Positions 9,871 through 17,994 of a DNA stretch of 32,000 nucleotides are shown here, one piece after another. The DNA comes from Nostoc punctiforme PCC 73102 (GTDB lineage Bacteria > Cyanobacteriota > Cyanobacteriia > Cyanobacteriales > Nostocaceae). The stretch spans positions 1,290,001 through 1,322,000 of the forward strand of contig NC_010628.1 in the NCBI RefSeq assembly GCF_000020025.1, read 5' to 3'. The notes below the pieces were generated by a model. That model saw only the letters and a list, made by a program, of their open reading frames with translations. It made no database searches and had not been told where the DNA came from. Positions within the stretch are counted from its first letter, which is position 1; every line of letters starts with the position of its first letter. A program made the position numbers and the translations under genes.

Positions 9871-10233
9871 ATGGCTACAGTGTTGGTTGTTGAAGATACT
9901 CCTTCTCAATTGGAATTAATCAATAGTTTTTTAAGAGACAGTGGATACACGGTGATTAAAGCTTATGATGCCAAAGATGGCATGAGCAAAGCAATAAATC
10001 ACCATTTGGATGCAATTATTACTGATGTGGTAATGCCAGAAATTAGCGGTTTTGAATTCTGCCGTCAATTAAAAAAAAATCCAGTGACTCAAAAAGTACC
10101 AATTATTATTTGTAGTTCTAAAAATCAGCCAATTGATAGGATTTGGGGAATGCGACAAGGTGCAAATGTTTATTTAACGAAGCCTTTTACTAAACAGCAA
10201 TTACTAAATGCACTCAAATCTCTTGTAGAGTGA
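9871..10233 (+). CDS. Single-domain CheY-like response regulator
   Basis: ATG at 9871 preceded by GAGG (the track uses GTG at 9859). REC motifs VLVVEDTPSQ, DAIITDVVMPEISGFE and YLTKPF. Confidence 0.9.
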   Translation: MATVLVVEDTPSQLELINSFLRDSGYTVIKAYDAKDGMSKAINHHLDAIITDVVMPEISGFEFCRQLKKNPVTQKVPIIICSSKNQPIDRIWGMRQGANVYLTKPFTKQQLLNALKSLVE

Positions 10234-10265
10234 GAGAGGTAATTCGTAATTAAAAGAGTCAGCAC

Positions 10266-10466
10266 ATGGCTACTAATCTAGAAATTGACGAAAACTTAAT
10301 TAAGGAAGCTCTCAAACTTGGTGGTCATCCAACTAAGGACGCGGTTGTTGAAGAGGCATTACGAGAGTATGTGCAACTTCGAAAGCAACTGAAAATTCTG
10401 GAGCTATTTGGCATGATTGAATACGATGATGATTATGACTATAAGCAACATTATCGGAGTGGATGA
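10266..10466 (+). CDS. VapB-like (DUF2191-type) type II antitoxin, apparently orphan
   Basis: 66-aa ORF. MATNLEIDENLIKEALKLGGHPTKDAVVEEALREYV resembles the small RHH-like antitoxin family usually paired with PIN toxins. No PIN ORF follows. Confidence 0.6.
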   Translation: MATNLEIDENLIKEALKLGGHPTKDAVVEEALREYVQLRKQLKILELFGMIEYDDDYDYKQHYRSG

Positions 10467-10636
10467 AAGTCAACGAACCGCAGAGGCGCAGAGAACGCGG
10501 AGAGAATAAAGAGGGATTTTCATATCACAAAACTTGTCTGCACGTTTTTAATGATGTGCAACGCCTTACTAGAGCCGATCGCACAAAATGTAAAGATAAA
10601 GCAAAAAAGCGATATTGTTCTGCCAGTGTAACGTAG
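10463..10636 (+). CDS. Hypothetical 57-codon basic ORF whose start overlaps the antitoxin stop (ATGA)
   Basis: ATG 10463-10465 overlaps TGA 10464-10466. Translation is MKVNEPQRRRERGENKEGFSYHKTCLHVFNDVQRLTRADRTKCKDKAKKRYCSASVT. No recognisable family. It may be a remnant rather than a gene. Confidence 0.2.
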   Translation: MKVNEPQRRRERGENKEGFSYHKTCLHVFNDVQRLTRADRTKCKDKAKKRYCSASVT

Positions 10637-10744
10637 TAGGATTGTTCAAGTGAAAGGGTACGCCTAGCAGGATGAGTAGCCATCGATCGCTAGTAGGCAC
10701 CCTAAAATAAGAACAAAAGACGATTCCTAAAACAAGCACACTCC

Positions 10745-13195
10745 ATGCGTATTTCTCTAAATTGGCTGCGCGAACTAGTAGAGATAAAACTAAGTCCAGA
10801 AGAATTAGCCGAAACCCTGACAATGGCGGGGTTTGAGGTTGAAGATATTGAAGATCGCCGCACTTGGGCAAATGGCGTGGTTGTAGGGAAAGTGCTTGAG
10901 CGTCAACCCCACCCCAACGCCGATAAATTAAGTGTTTGCCAAGTCGATATCGGTGCAGGTGAAACTTTAAATATTGTCTGTGGTGCTGCCAATGTGAAGG
11001 CAGATATCTATGTACCGATCGCAACTACGGGTACTTACTTACCCAACATCGATTTAAAAATTAAACCTGCAAAACTTCGTGGTGTCCCTTCTCAGGGCAT
11101 GATTTGTTCTTTAAAGGAACTCGGTTTGCCCACCGATGTAGACGGAATTCATATTTTTACCCAGGAAAATTTACCATTAGGTAGTGATGTACGTCCTTTG
11201 TTGGGTCTAGATGATGTAATTTTAGACCTGACTGCAACTGCCAATCGCGCTGATGCTCTCAGTATGGTAGGTGTAGCCAGAGAAGTAGCAGCTTTAACTG
11301 GTGGAAAATTGAGCATCCCTGAACCTAGTGAAGTTTCTATTAGCAAAAATACTGGAAATTTAACTTTAAAAATTGCTGATACACAAGCTTGTCCTGCATA
11401 CATCGGTACGGTAATCGAACAGGTAAAAATTGCTTCATCTCCCGAATGGTTGCAACAGCGTTTGCGTGCGGCTGGGGTGCGTCCTATAAGTAATGTGGTG
11501 GATATTACTAACTACGTTTTGTTGGAATGGGGACAACCATTGCACGCCTTTGACCGCGATCGCTTAAAATCAGTTGCAGGTAGCGAAAATTTAAGCATCG
11601 GCGTTCGTTTCGCTAATAATGGCGAATCTCTCAAAACCCTAGATGGACAAACTCGCACCCTAGCATCCCAAAATTTGTTAATTACCGCTAACGATAGGCC
11701 CGTTGCATTGGCGGGAGTCATGGGTGGGGAAGAAACGGAAGTCTATGAAGGGACTCAAAGCCTAGTTTTAGAAGCAGCTTTATTTGATTCTGTGGCAATT
11801 CGCCGTTCTTCGCGCAGTGCAGGCTTAAGAAGTGAGGCTTCTGGGAGATATGAACGGGGAGTTAACCGCGCTGAGTTGGAAATAGCTAATCGCCGCGCTT
11901 TATCCTTAATTAGCGAATTAGCGAGTGGAATTCTTGTCCAGCAGGAAATTGCCGACACTCGCCCCGATCCTTCTACCTGGAGTCGTTCGATCGCACTGCG
12001 TTTAGACCGAGTTAATCAGATACTAGGGCCAATCGATTTGGGAGAGGACACAGGTGAACTCCAAGGACAAGATGTTGAGCGCATCCTGACTGCACTAGGA
12101 TGTCAGTTGACTCCTTCAGTTGAAGATAGCAACCATCAACCTACATGGTCAGTTTCTGTCCCACCCTATCGTTACCGCGACTTAGAGCGAGAAATTGATT
12201 TAATTGAAGAAATCGCCCGTCTCTATGGTTACAACAGATTCTGCGATACTTTACCAGAAAAATCGGAAGGTGGTTATCTGCCTTTAGACGAGGAACTGAT
12301 TCGCAAGTTACGGGCTTTCCTCCGGGCTGAAGGATTGACAGAATTAATCCACTATTCTTTAGTCAAACCAGGAGAAGACAGACAGATAGTACTGTCAAAT
12401 CCTTTATTTGCCGAATATTCAGCGCTGCGAAACGATTTGCTATCTGGGTTGATTGATGCCTTTCAATACAATTTAGAGCAGGGTAATGGTTCCCTGAACG
12501 GCTTTGAAATAGGGCAAATTTTCTGGCGAGAAGAAGACGGTTTGCAAGAAACAGAAGCCTTAGCTGGGATTATAGGAGGCGATCGCACCGTTGGCAAATG
12601 GTCAAAAAGTGGACGCGAAGAACCCATCACCTGGTTTGAAGCCAAAGGCATTTTAGAAAGTGTATTTCGGCAACTTGCCTTGCAGGTAGAATTCCAACCC
12701 GATTGCCGAGATAATCGCTTACATCCAGGACGCACCGCTTCCCTGTGGATTCGGGGTAACAGGCTAGGTATTTTTGGACAACTCCATCCCCAATTGCGAC
12801 GAGAAAAAGGTTTACCAGATTCCGTTTATGTTTTCCAGTTAAATCTAGATGTGCTTTTAGATTCTCTGGGAGAAGATGAAGTTCTGGTGCCAACATTCCA
12901 GCCTTATTCTACCTATCCAGCGAGCGATCGCGACATCGCCTTTTTCGCACCCGTGAAAATCTCAGTTTCCGAAATTGAAAAAGTAATTACCAAAGCAGGT
13001 AAAGATTTGCTCGAATCTGTGGAATTATTTGATGAATATCGCGGTGAAAACGTCCCCGAAGGGCAGCGGAGTTTAGCATTCCGCTTAATTTATCGGGCTA
13101 GCGATCGTACTCTTACTGAGGCAGAAGTCGAACCAGTACACAATAAAGTCCGCGAAGCCTTGGTGGAAAAATTTGGTGTAAATCTCAGAAGTTAG
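10745..13195 (+). CDS. pheT: Phenylalanine--tRNA ligase beta subunit
   Basis: 816-aa ORF with ATG at 10745. N-terminal tRNA-binding domain ([26 protein letters not shown]), B3/4 and B5 regions, and a C-terminal FDX-ACB-like region (DIAFFAP...LFDEYRG...SLAFRLIYR). Confidence 0.97.
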   Translation: MRISLNWLRELVEIKLSPEELAETLTMAGFEVEDIEDRRTWANGVVVGKVLERQPHPNADKLSVCQVDIGAGETLNIVCGAANVKADIYVPIATTGTYLPNIDLKIKPAKLRGVPSQGMICSLKELGLPTDVDGIHIFTQENLPLGSDVRPLLGLDDVILDLTATANRADALSMVGVAREVAALTGGKLSIPEPSEVSISKNTGNLTLKIADTQACPAYIGTVIEQVKIASSPEWLQQRLRAAGVRPISNVVDITNYVLLEWGQPLHAFDRDRLKSVAGSENLSIGVRFANNGESLKTLDGQTRTLASQNLLITANDRPVALAGVMGGEETEVYEGTQSLVLEAALFDSVAIRRSSRSAGLRSEASGRYERGVNRAELEIANRRALSLISELASGILVQQEIADTRPDPSTWSRSIALRLDRVNQILGPIDLGEDTGELQGQDVERILTALGCQLTPSVEDSNHQPTWSVSVPPYRYRDLEREIDLIEEIARLYGYNRFCDTLPEKSEGGYLPLDEELIRKLRAFLRAEGLTELIHYSLVKPGEDRQIVLSNPLFAEYSALRNDLLSGLIDAFQYNLEQGNGSLNGFEIGQIFWREEDGLQETEALAGIIGGDRTVGKWSKSGREEPITWFEAKGILESVFRQLALQVEFQPDCRDNRLHPGRTASLWIRGNRLGIFGQLHPQLRREKGLPDSVYVFQLNLDVLLDSLGEDEVLVPTFQPYSTYPASDRDIAFFAPVKISVSEIEKVITKAGKDLLESVELFDEYRGENVPEGQRSLAFRLIYRASDRTLTEAEVEPVHNKVREALVEKFGVNLRS

Positions 13196-13223
13196 TCATT
13201 GACCATTGGTCATTTGTCATTTG
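13196..13223. repeat. STRR-like heptamer array directly after the pheT stop
   Basis: TCATTGA CCATTGG TCATTTG TCATTTG in 7-nt register. Confidence 0.6.
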
Positions 13224-13224
13224 T

Positions 13225-13254
13225 TAAGAGTTAGGAGTTAATTCCTCACTCTTA
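13225..13254 (+). terminator. Possible hairpin terminator of pheT
   Basis: taagagttagga / tcctcactctta forms a 12-bp stem with one mismatch and a 6-nt loop. No clear U-tract follows. Confidence 0.3.
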
Positions 13255-13268
13255 AACCTACTGGTTCC

Positions 13269-13289
13269 AAAATCTAAAATCTAAAATCC
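13269..13289. repeat. Heptamer repeat AAAATCT x3
   Basis: aaaatct aaaatct aaaatcc. The reverse-complement unit recurs at 16801-16819. Confidence 0.6.
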
Positions 13290-13304
13290 CAAATTGGTAA
13301 AGTT

Positions 13305-13574
13305 ATGCCTAAATATGTACTCTGGGGAACTTACTGCGAAGACGTTCTCGAAAAACGCACCGCCCACCGCCAAGCTCATTTAGACGGATTAGCAAAACAG
13401 AAAGAATCCGGTGTGCTGATTACTATTGGCCCCACCAAGGATGTCACAAAAGTTTTTGGGATTTACGAAGCCGAAGACGAAGCCACTGTGCGCCAGTTGA
13501 TTGAAAACGATCCTTACTGGAAAAATGGCATCTGGACTGAATATTCTGTCAAAGAATGGATTCAGGCTTTTTAA
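13305..13574 (+). CDS. YciI-family protein
   Basis: 89-aa ORF with ATG at 13305. MPKYVLWGTY...HRQAHLDGL...DPYWKNGIW pattern is typical of YciI-like dimeric alpha/beta-barrel proteins. Confidence 0.7.
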   Translation: MPKYVLWGTYCEDVLEKRTAHRQAHLDGLAKQKESGVLITIGPTKDVTKVFGIYEAEDEATVRQLIENDPYWKNGIWTEYSVKEWIQAF

Positions 13575-13614
13575 ATTGGGTATGGGGTATAGGGCATTGA
13601 TTATAATTTTCCTC

Positions 13615-13702
13615 CCCCATTCCCAATTCCCCATTCCCAATTCCCACTTGCCCTGAGCGTTCGCGTAGCGTCTTGTAGAGAAGCCGAAGGGATTCCCAAT
13701 TT
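13615..13702. repeat. Heptamer array (CCCCATT/CCCAATT) interrupted by a ~44-nt dispersed element
   Basis: CCCCATT CCCAATT CCCCATT CCCAATT CCCACTT (13615-13649), then ttgccctgagcgttcgcgtagcgtcttgtagagaagccgaaggg, then attcccaattt. The core gcgttcgc...tagcgtctYgtagaga recurs at 22056-22109. Confidence 0.6.
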
Positions 13703-14497
13703 ATGAAAATTTGGCAGGTTGATTTTTATCGTCGTCCCTCACAAGATGCATCGGGACAAATTTTATGGGAGTTGTTGATTTGTGACGCAACTCGCAGCTT
13801 TGAGTATGAAGCTACCTGTCTCCAGTCAGCAGCAAATTCTAATTGGGTTGCTGCTCAACTTGAGCTAGCCGCAGGTGAAAAATTGCCAGATGTAATTCAG
13901 GTGTTTCGTCCGCAGTCTCTAAGCTTAATTGAGGTGGCGGGACGCAATTTAAGTATAAATGTCGAACCTACACGCCATACTTTGGCGTTGAAACAGTGGT
14001 TACAAGAAAAGCAATATCCCTCAGCCCTAGATAAACCACCTCCAGCACCATTACCAGAGAACCTCTGGGGAGAACAATGGCGGTTTGCGACTCTAGCTGC
14101 TAGTGATGTAGAAACGAGATTTAGCGATCGCCCCATTCCCATTTTGCACATCCCAGAACATCTCAAACCCATCAACTTGGGTTTAGCGTCAACAGTGCCT
14201 GTCCCTGGTGTAGTAATTTATGGTGGACGGCAATCCATGCGACTAGCCCGCTGGTTACAGCAAGCCCGTCCTGTAGCGTTAAACTACATATCTGGCGCAC
14301 CAGACGGCTTAGTATTAGAAGCGGGCTTAGTAGATAGGTGGATTGTTGCCACTTTTGAAGATCCAGAAGTTACAACAGCAGCCCAAACATATCAACAGCG
14401 AAAAAAGCATTGCCGAGGATTGCATTTTTTGTTAGTGCAACCAGATGATTCCGGTATGACTTATAGCGGCTTTTGGTTATTGCAGGCAGAAGATTGA
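13703..14497 (+). CDS. Tab2/ATAB2-family (DUF1092) RNA-binding protein homologue
   Basis: 264-aa ORF with ATG at 13703. N-terminus MKIWQVDFYRRP...GQILWELLICD is characteristic of the cyanobacterial/plastid Tab2 family. Confidence 0.7.
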   Translation: MKIWQVDFYRRPSQDASGQILWELLICDATRSFEYEATCLQSAANSNWVAAQLELAAGEKLPDVIQVFRPQSLSLIEVAGRNLSINVEPTRHTLALKQWLQEKQYPSALDKPPPAPLPENLWGEQWRFATLAASDVETRFSDRPIPILHIPEHLKPINLGLASTVPVPGVVIYGGRQSMRLARWLQQARPVALNYISGAPDGLVLEAGLVDRWIVATFEDPEVTTAAQTYQQRKKHCRGLHFLLVQPDDSGMTYSGFWLLQAED

Positions 14498-14638
14498 TAT
14501 GGCGTTGCCAAAAATATCTGTCCGCTCAATTTCTGCTCAAAAAATAGACTTAAGCTATGTCTGACGGTAAGTCACTACGTGTCTACCCTTTATTGTAATT
14601 TGCCTATGTAGGTAAGGTACATAGACTTGGCAAATTAT

Positions 14639-14660
14639 AGTATGATGATTAAATCATACT
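14639..14660. promoter_or_regulatory. Perfect palindrome upstream of the TA operon (candidate operator)
   Basis: agtatgat-gattaa-atcatact, 28 nt upstream of the antitoxin ATG. A second imperfect inverted repeat, aatttgcc...ggcaaatt, lies at 14597-14636. Confidence 0.4.
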
Positions 14661-14687
14661 AAACAGTAATATTAAAAATTAATATAG

Positions 14688-14918
14688 ATGCTCAAAGTTA
14701 CAATTACCTTAGAAGAAGACATTCTGCAATTTGTAGATCAGTATGCACAGGGAAATCGTAGTGCATACATCAATACACTGCTAGCAGAACACCGCCGCCG
14801 AATTTTGGCAGCAGAAATGATTGCAGCCCTCAAGCAGGATGCTGAAGATCCAGAATATCAAGCTGAAATTGCTGCTTGGGATAGTGTTGTTGGGGATGGC
14901 ATAAATGCCAGGGAGTAA
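14688..14918 (+). CDS. RHH/CopG-like antitoxin of a MazEF/PemIK-type pair
   Basis: 76-aa ORF with N-terminal MLKVTITLEEDILQFVDQYA (RHH-like). Overlaps the downstream toxin gene by 14 nt. Confidence 0.6.
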   Translation: MLKVTITLEEDILQFVDQYAQGNRSAYINTLLAEHRRRILAAEMIAALKQDAEDPEYQAEIAAWDSVVGDGINARE

Positions 14919-15264
14919 TTTAACTTATCGGCGAGGAGAAATACGTTGGGTGAATCTCGATCCAACAGTGGGCGCTGAGGCAAAAAAAATCCGCGCTTGC
15001 TTGATTGTGCAAAATGACATCATGAATCAGTATGGGTTGCTGACAATTGTGATGCCATTTCGGCCCGGAAGTAAACAAGCGCCCTACGTTGTAAATGTGA
15101 AAGCAACACCAAATAATGGACTAGACCAAGACCGTTTTATAGATATTGGCCAAATTCGTGCTGTTGACCATAGTCGTATTTTGGGCTTGCTGGGCGTGCT
15201 GGAGTCAGAATACTGGGAACTTATTCGTACAGCCTTAAATATAGTTCTGGGTTTTGTGCTTTAG
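14905..15264 (+). CDS. MazF/PemK-family endoribonuclease toxin
   Basis: 119-aa ORF. RRGEIRWVNLDPTVGAEAKKIRACLIVQND is the hallmark N-terminal motif of PemK/MazF toxins. Confidence 0.85.
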   Translation: MPGSNLTYRRGEIRWVNLDPTVGAEAKKIRACLIVQNDIMNQYGLLTIVMPFRPGSKQAPYVVNVKATPNNGLDQDRFIDIGQIRAVDHSRILGLLGVLESEYWELIRTALNIVLGFVL

Positions 15265-15329
15265 GGGTGTTAGGGAATAAAAGTAGAGATTATAAGTCAA
15301 TACATTTCAGATAAGACCAAAACACTTGT

Positions 15330-15565
15330 AGAGACGGCGATTTATCGCGTCTCAAAACCCACGATTTTGTAGAAGTAGCGCTTAACCCAAGCGCATTGGA
15401 TTATAAGTGATGAAAAGGCGATCGCTCTATATTAGAGGATAGGCATTGCTAAAAAATGCGAAACCAGGTGCAATATTATTTAAAGTAATGCCCACTCCAA
15501 TACGATTCAGATAAGGTTTTTGATAAAAGTTATAGATCGCAAAGACGCAATAAATCACAGTCTCT
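15330..15565. mobile_element. MITE-like element bounded by inverted copies of a ~24-nt Nostoc-type repeat
   Basis: agagacggcgatttatcgcgtctc (15330-15353) matches the reverse complement of aagacgcaataaatcacagtctct (15542-15565) at 20 of 24 positions. Confidence 0.4.
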
Positions 15566-15595
15566 TCCCTGAACCAAACCGTATTGATGCCCACC

Positions 15596-16795
15596 CTACC
15601 ACTGCCCTGAATTATCTTCTTGTTGCAAACCTATCAACTGTCGCCGCTTCCAAGCATAATGAAGAATATTAATTCCAAGTTCCTGGGCTGTACGAATAGT
15701 CAATCTGGGTAAACTTAAATCTCTATCCAACCCCCACGCAGTTGCTAAATCTCCAATTGCTAGAATAATTCCGCCACCGATTAACAATTTAATTTGCTGT
15801 TGATTAACCATTGGCAAGGCAGCAAATAAAAAAGGTTTTGTCCTTAAAGGATGACTCCGTTGCAATTCTTCTAAAGGTCTTAAAGGACTTTCTAACTGTT
15901 GTGCTAATGCTTGAGTACTCTCAATTAAAGCATTAGCATTTGCTGGCGCATCAACCAGAAGCACACCACCTAAATTTAAGTAATTTTTAAGAGATTCAAA
16001 TTCGAGACTATTTAAAGAAATTGCCTGTCCACCTGTCAAATAAAGTAGGTCATAATCTTGAATATTTTCACTTAAAGAAACCTGCCCTGGTTCATCAGCC
16101 CCTCGTAAACTGGGATATAGGGGTTCTACTGCTTGTAACAAATACGAAAGGCTGAAAAAATTACGCGCACATTCCGGATCGCTATGAGTTGCTTGCGCCA
16201 TACACACAAGTGCTTGAGGACGCATTTGTGCTTGACGGCGATAACGTAAATCAATATTGTTATATCCAGGAAAGAAGGCATCCGCCGGTTGGGTAATTTC
16301 AGTATGTCCTGGTTGCAGAAGTATTTGACATATTTCTATTTCTGAACTGGCTGGTATAGAGTTTCTTTGGTCAATTCGATAGGTTTCTTGAACAACATCT
16401 CTTTGCTGTCCACGCCGCAATTCATCAGGGTCTACATAGCTAACTACTAAGTAGATCATGAGTGGTTCAGAACTTACTACTTCTATATCAATGGGAAAGT
16501 CATAAGAAGTCGGTACAACAATTAGATTACCTGCTAAATCAATTGCAATACCAGGTTGAATTTGCACCCAACGCCCATCTCGATATCTAGCTTCTACTTG
16601 ACTTGGGGCTGTCACATCTCGAACGCCTAAACCACAGACAATTCCTGGTTGGTTTAAACTTTGATATTGAGCATTTTGCCGATTTCGATGATAATCATGG
16701 GCTGTGCGCCAGCGTTCTGCATTTATTAGTAACCCGTCTGCGGCTTGCAGGCGTTCCAAAGATTTGATTGGTGGGGGTGGGAAAGGATGGGACAT
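15596..16795 (-). CDS. Terminal gene of the tail-like operon: unknown N-terminal region + DUF4159-like C-terminal domain
   Basis: 399-aa ORF with ATG at 16795, co-directional with and 73 nt downstream of the gpI-like gene. The C-terminal stretch DYDLLYLTGGQAISLNSLEFESLKNYLNLGGVLLVDAP...SHPL...PFLF matches my recollection of the DUF4159 signature. The N-terminal half has no recognised family. Confidence 0.5.
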   Translation of the reverse strand: MSHPFPPPPIKSLERLQAADGLLINAERWRTAHDYHRNRQNAQYQSLNQPGIVCGLGVRDVTAPSQVEARYRDGRWVQIQPGIAIDLAGNLIVVPTSYDFPIDIEVVSSEPLMIYLVVSYVDPDELRRGQQRDVVQETYRIDQRNSIPASSEIEICQILLQPGHTEITQPADAFFPGYNNIDLRYRRQAQMRPQALVCMAQATHSDPECARNFFSLSYLLQAVEPLYPSLRGADEPGQVSLSENIQDYDLLYLTGGQAISLNSLEFESLKNYLNLGGVLLVDAPANANALIESTQALAQQLESPLRPLEELQRSHPLRTKPFLFAALPMVNQQQIKLLIGGGIILAIGDLATAWGLDRDLSLPRLTIRTAQELGINILHYAWKRRQLIGLQQEDNSGQW

Positions 16796-16800
16796 AATAA

Positions 16801-16819
16801 TTTTAGATTTTAGATTTTG
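16801..16819. repeat. Heptamer repeat TTTTAGA
   Basis: ttttaga ttttaga ttttg; reverse complement of the 13269-13289 unit. Confidence 0.55.
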
Positions 16820-16868
16820 TCTATTTTAGAAATTCTAAACAATATTACCTATTGGTGTATTAAATTAT

Positions 16869-17897
16869 TTAATTAGTGGGATTTTCAATAGATAATTCGT
16901 ATGTGCAGAAAGCAGGCTTTTCTTGTTCTATTATTCTTTGAATGAGTTGCTCGTTAATAATGCCACTAGAAATATTTGAACGCAAACGTACTATAAAATG
17001 ATATGGTTGCCCACCTGCTAAAACGGCATTTCCTAATTGGACATCTCCTATGATGAAACTTGGGCCAAAAGGTTCTGTAATACTGATATGTTTATCCGCT
17101 TCATTAGGTAAATCTTCGTCTAGCGGTAAACCAGTATAAAGATGTAAATAGAGACGCAATCCTTTACGAGTTCCGCGCCAGCGATAAAGTTCTACAGCCC
17201 GACGAATTAAACGCCGTTGTTGCTGGAGATCCCAAACTGAATCTACTTGCCAAGCAACCCAATGAGCCATAAAAGGTAGTAATGCTTGTGGCGCTGTCAA
17301 AGGATCGAGGTTTGCCCACATGACATTGTAACTATCAACTATTGGTTGAAAAGCTTGCTCAAATATCTTCATGAAGCGACCAATAAAGTCTACTTCTCGA
17401 TACAAAATTGGCAAGAACTCCATGTAGGCAGTGTAGGGACGAATATATAAATCGAAATACTCGCTTCTTTCGATTTGTTCGTTCTCTGTGCCTGGGTCTA
17501 TATGTAAAGTAACTAGACTACGAAAATTGAGAGTTAATTTGTTTTTTGTTCCAGGAGAAATTGCTTCTTGGTCTTCAAAAAATGTGTCGGGAATTGAGAA
17601 GTAGAGAACAGCATCCATTTGTCCACGAGGCGGTATTTCACTACCCTCTGTGCCAATTTGACACCACTGGGATGGAAAGTTTCCCTCAACGCTTAAGCTT
17701 ACCCGCAAAGGATGTTGTTCTAAGTTTTGTACTTGCACAATCATCTCGCTGGGATGCCCAGGATGCAAGAGTAAAGTACGTCCAGCCACATCCATATCCG
17801 CGTTTGCAAATCCTAAGCCCGCCACAGGTAAAGCTTCGGGTATTTGCATTGGCGTTAATTGAATACTTACAGCTGGACTAGAGCGACTTTGAACCAT
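16869..17897 (-). CDS. Baseplate wedge protein, P2 gpI / Afp12-like
   Basis: The track ORF starts at TTG 17939 inside a heptamer array; the first ATG is at 17897 (MVQSRSS). The C-terminal two thirds carry the gpI-like pattern FLPILYRE...FIGRFMKIFE...LDPLTAP...LPFMAHWV...RRAVELYRWRGTRKGL. Confidence 0.75.
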   Translation of the reverse strand: MVQSRSSPAVSIQLTPMQIPEALPVAGLGFANADMDVAGRTLLLHPGHPSEMIVQVQNLEQHPLRVSLSVEGNFPSQWCQIGTEGSEIPPRGQMDAVLYFSIPDTFFEDQEAISPGTKNKLTLNFRSLVTLHIDPGTENEQIERSEYFDLYIRPYTAYMEFLPILYREVDFIGRFMKIFEQAFQPIVDSYNVMWANLDPLTAPQALLPFMAHWVAWQVDSVWDLQQQRRLIRRAVELYRWRGTRKGLRLYLHLYTGLPLDEDLPNEADKHISITEPFGPSFIIGDVQLGNAVLAGGQPYHFIVRLRSNISSGIINEQLIQRIIEQEKPAFCTYELSIENPTN

Positions 17898-17903
17898 AGG
17901 ATT

Positions 17904-17994
17904 TGGGAATGGGGAATGGGGAATGGGAGAAATAACCAATAACCAATGACCAATGACAAATGACGAATGACAAATTACGAATTACGAATTATTT
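17904..17994. repeat. 13-unit heptamer (STRR-like) array held in one 7-nt register
   Basis: TGGGAAT GGGGAAT GGGGAAT GGGAGAA ATAACCA ATAACCA ATGACCA ATGACAA ATGACGA ATGACAA ATTACGA ATTACGA ATTATTT. Fills the spacer between the gpJ-like and gpI-like genes and supplies the gpJ-like stop codon. Confidence 0.85.

Noticed and set aside
10569-11024. 151-aa minus-strand ORF overlapping the pheT start
   Set aside because: It is antisense to a strongly supported pheT N-terminal domain, and its R/H/L-rich product has no motifs.
17898-17939. N-terminal extension MVISPIPHSPFPNP of the gpI-like ORF
   Set aside because: It begins at a TTG inside the heptamer array and is simply the translation of GGGGAAT/ATAACCA repeats. 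The ATG at 17897 is the more plausible start.
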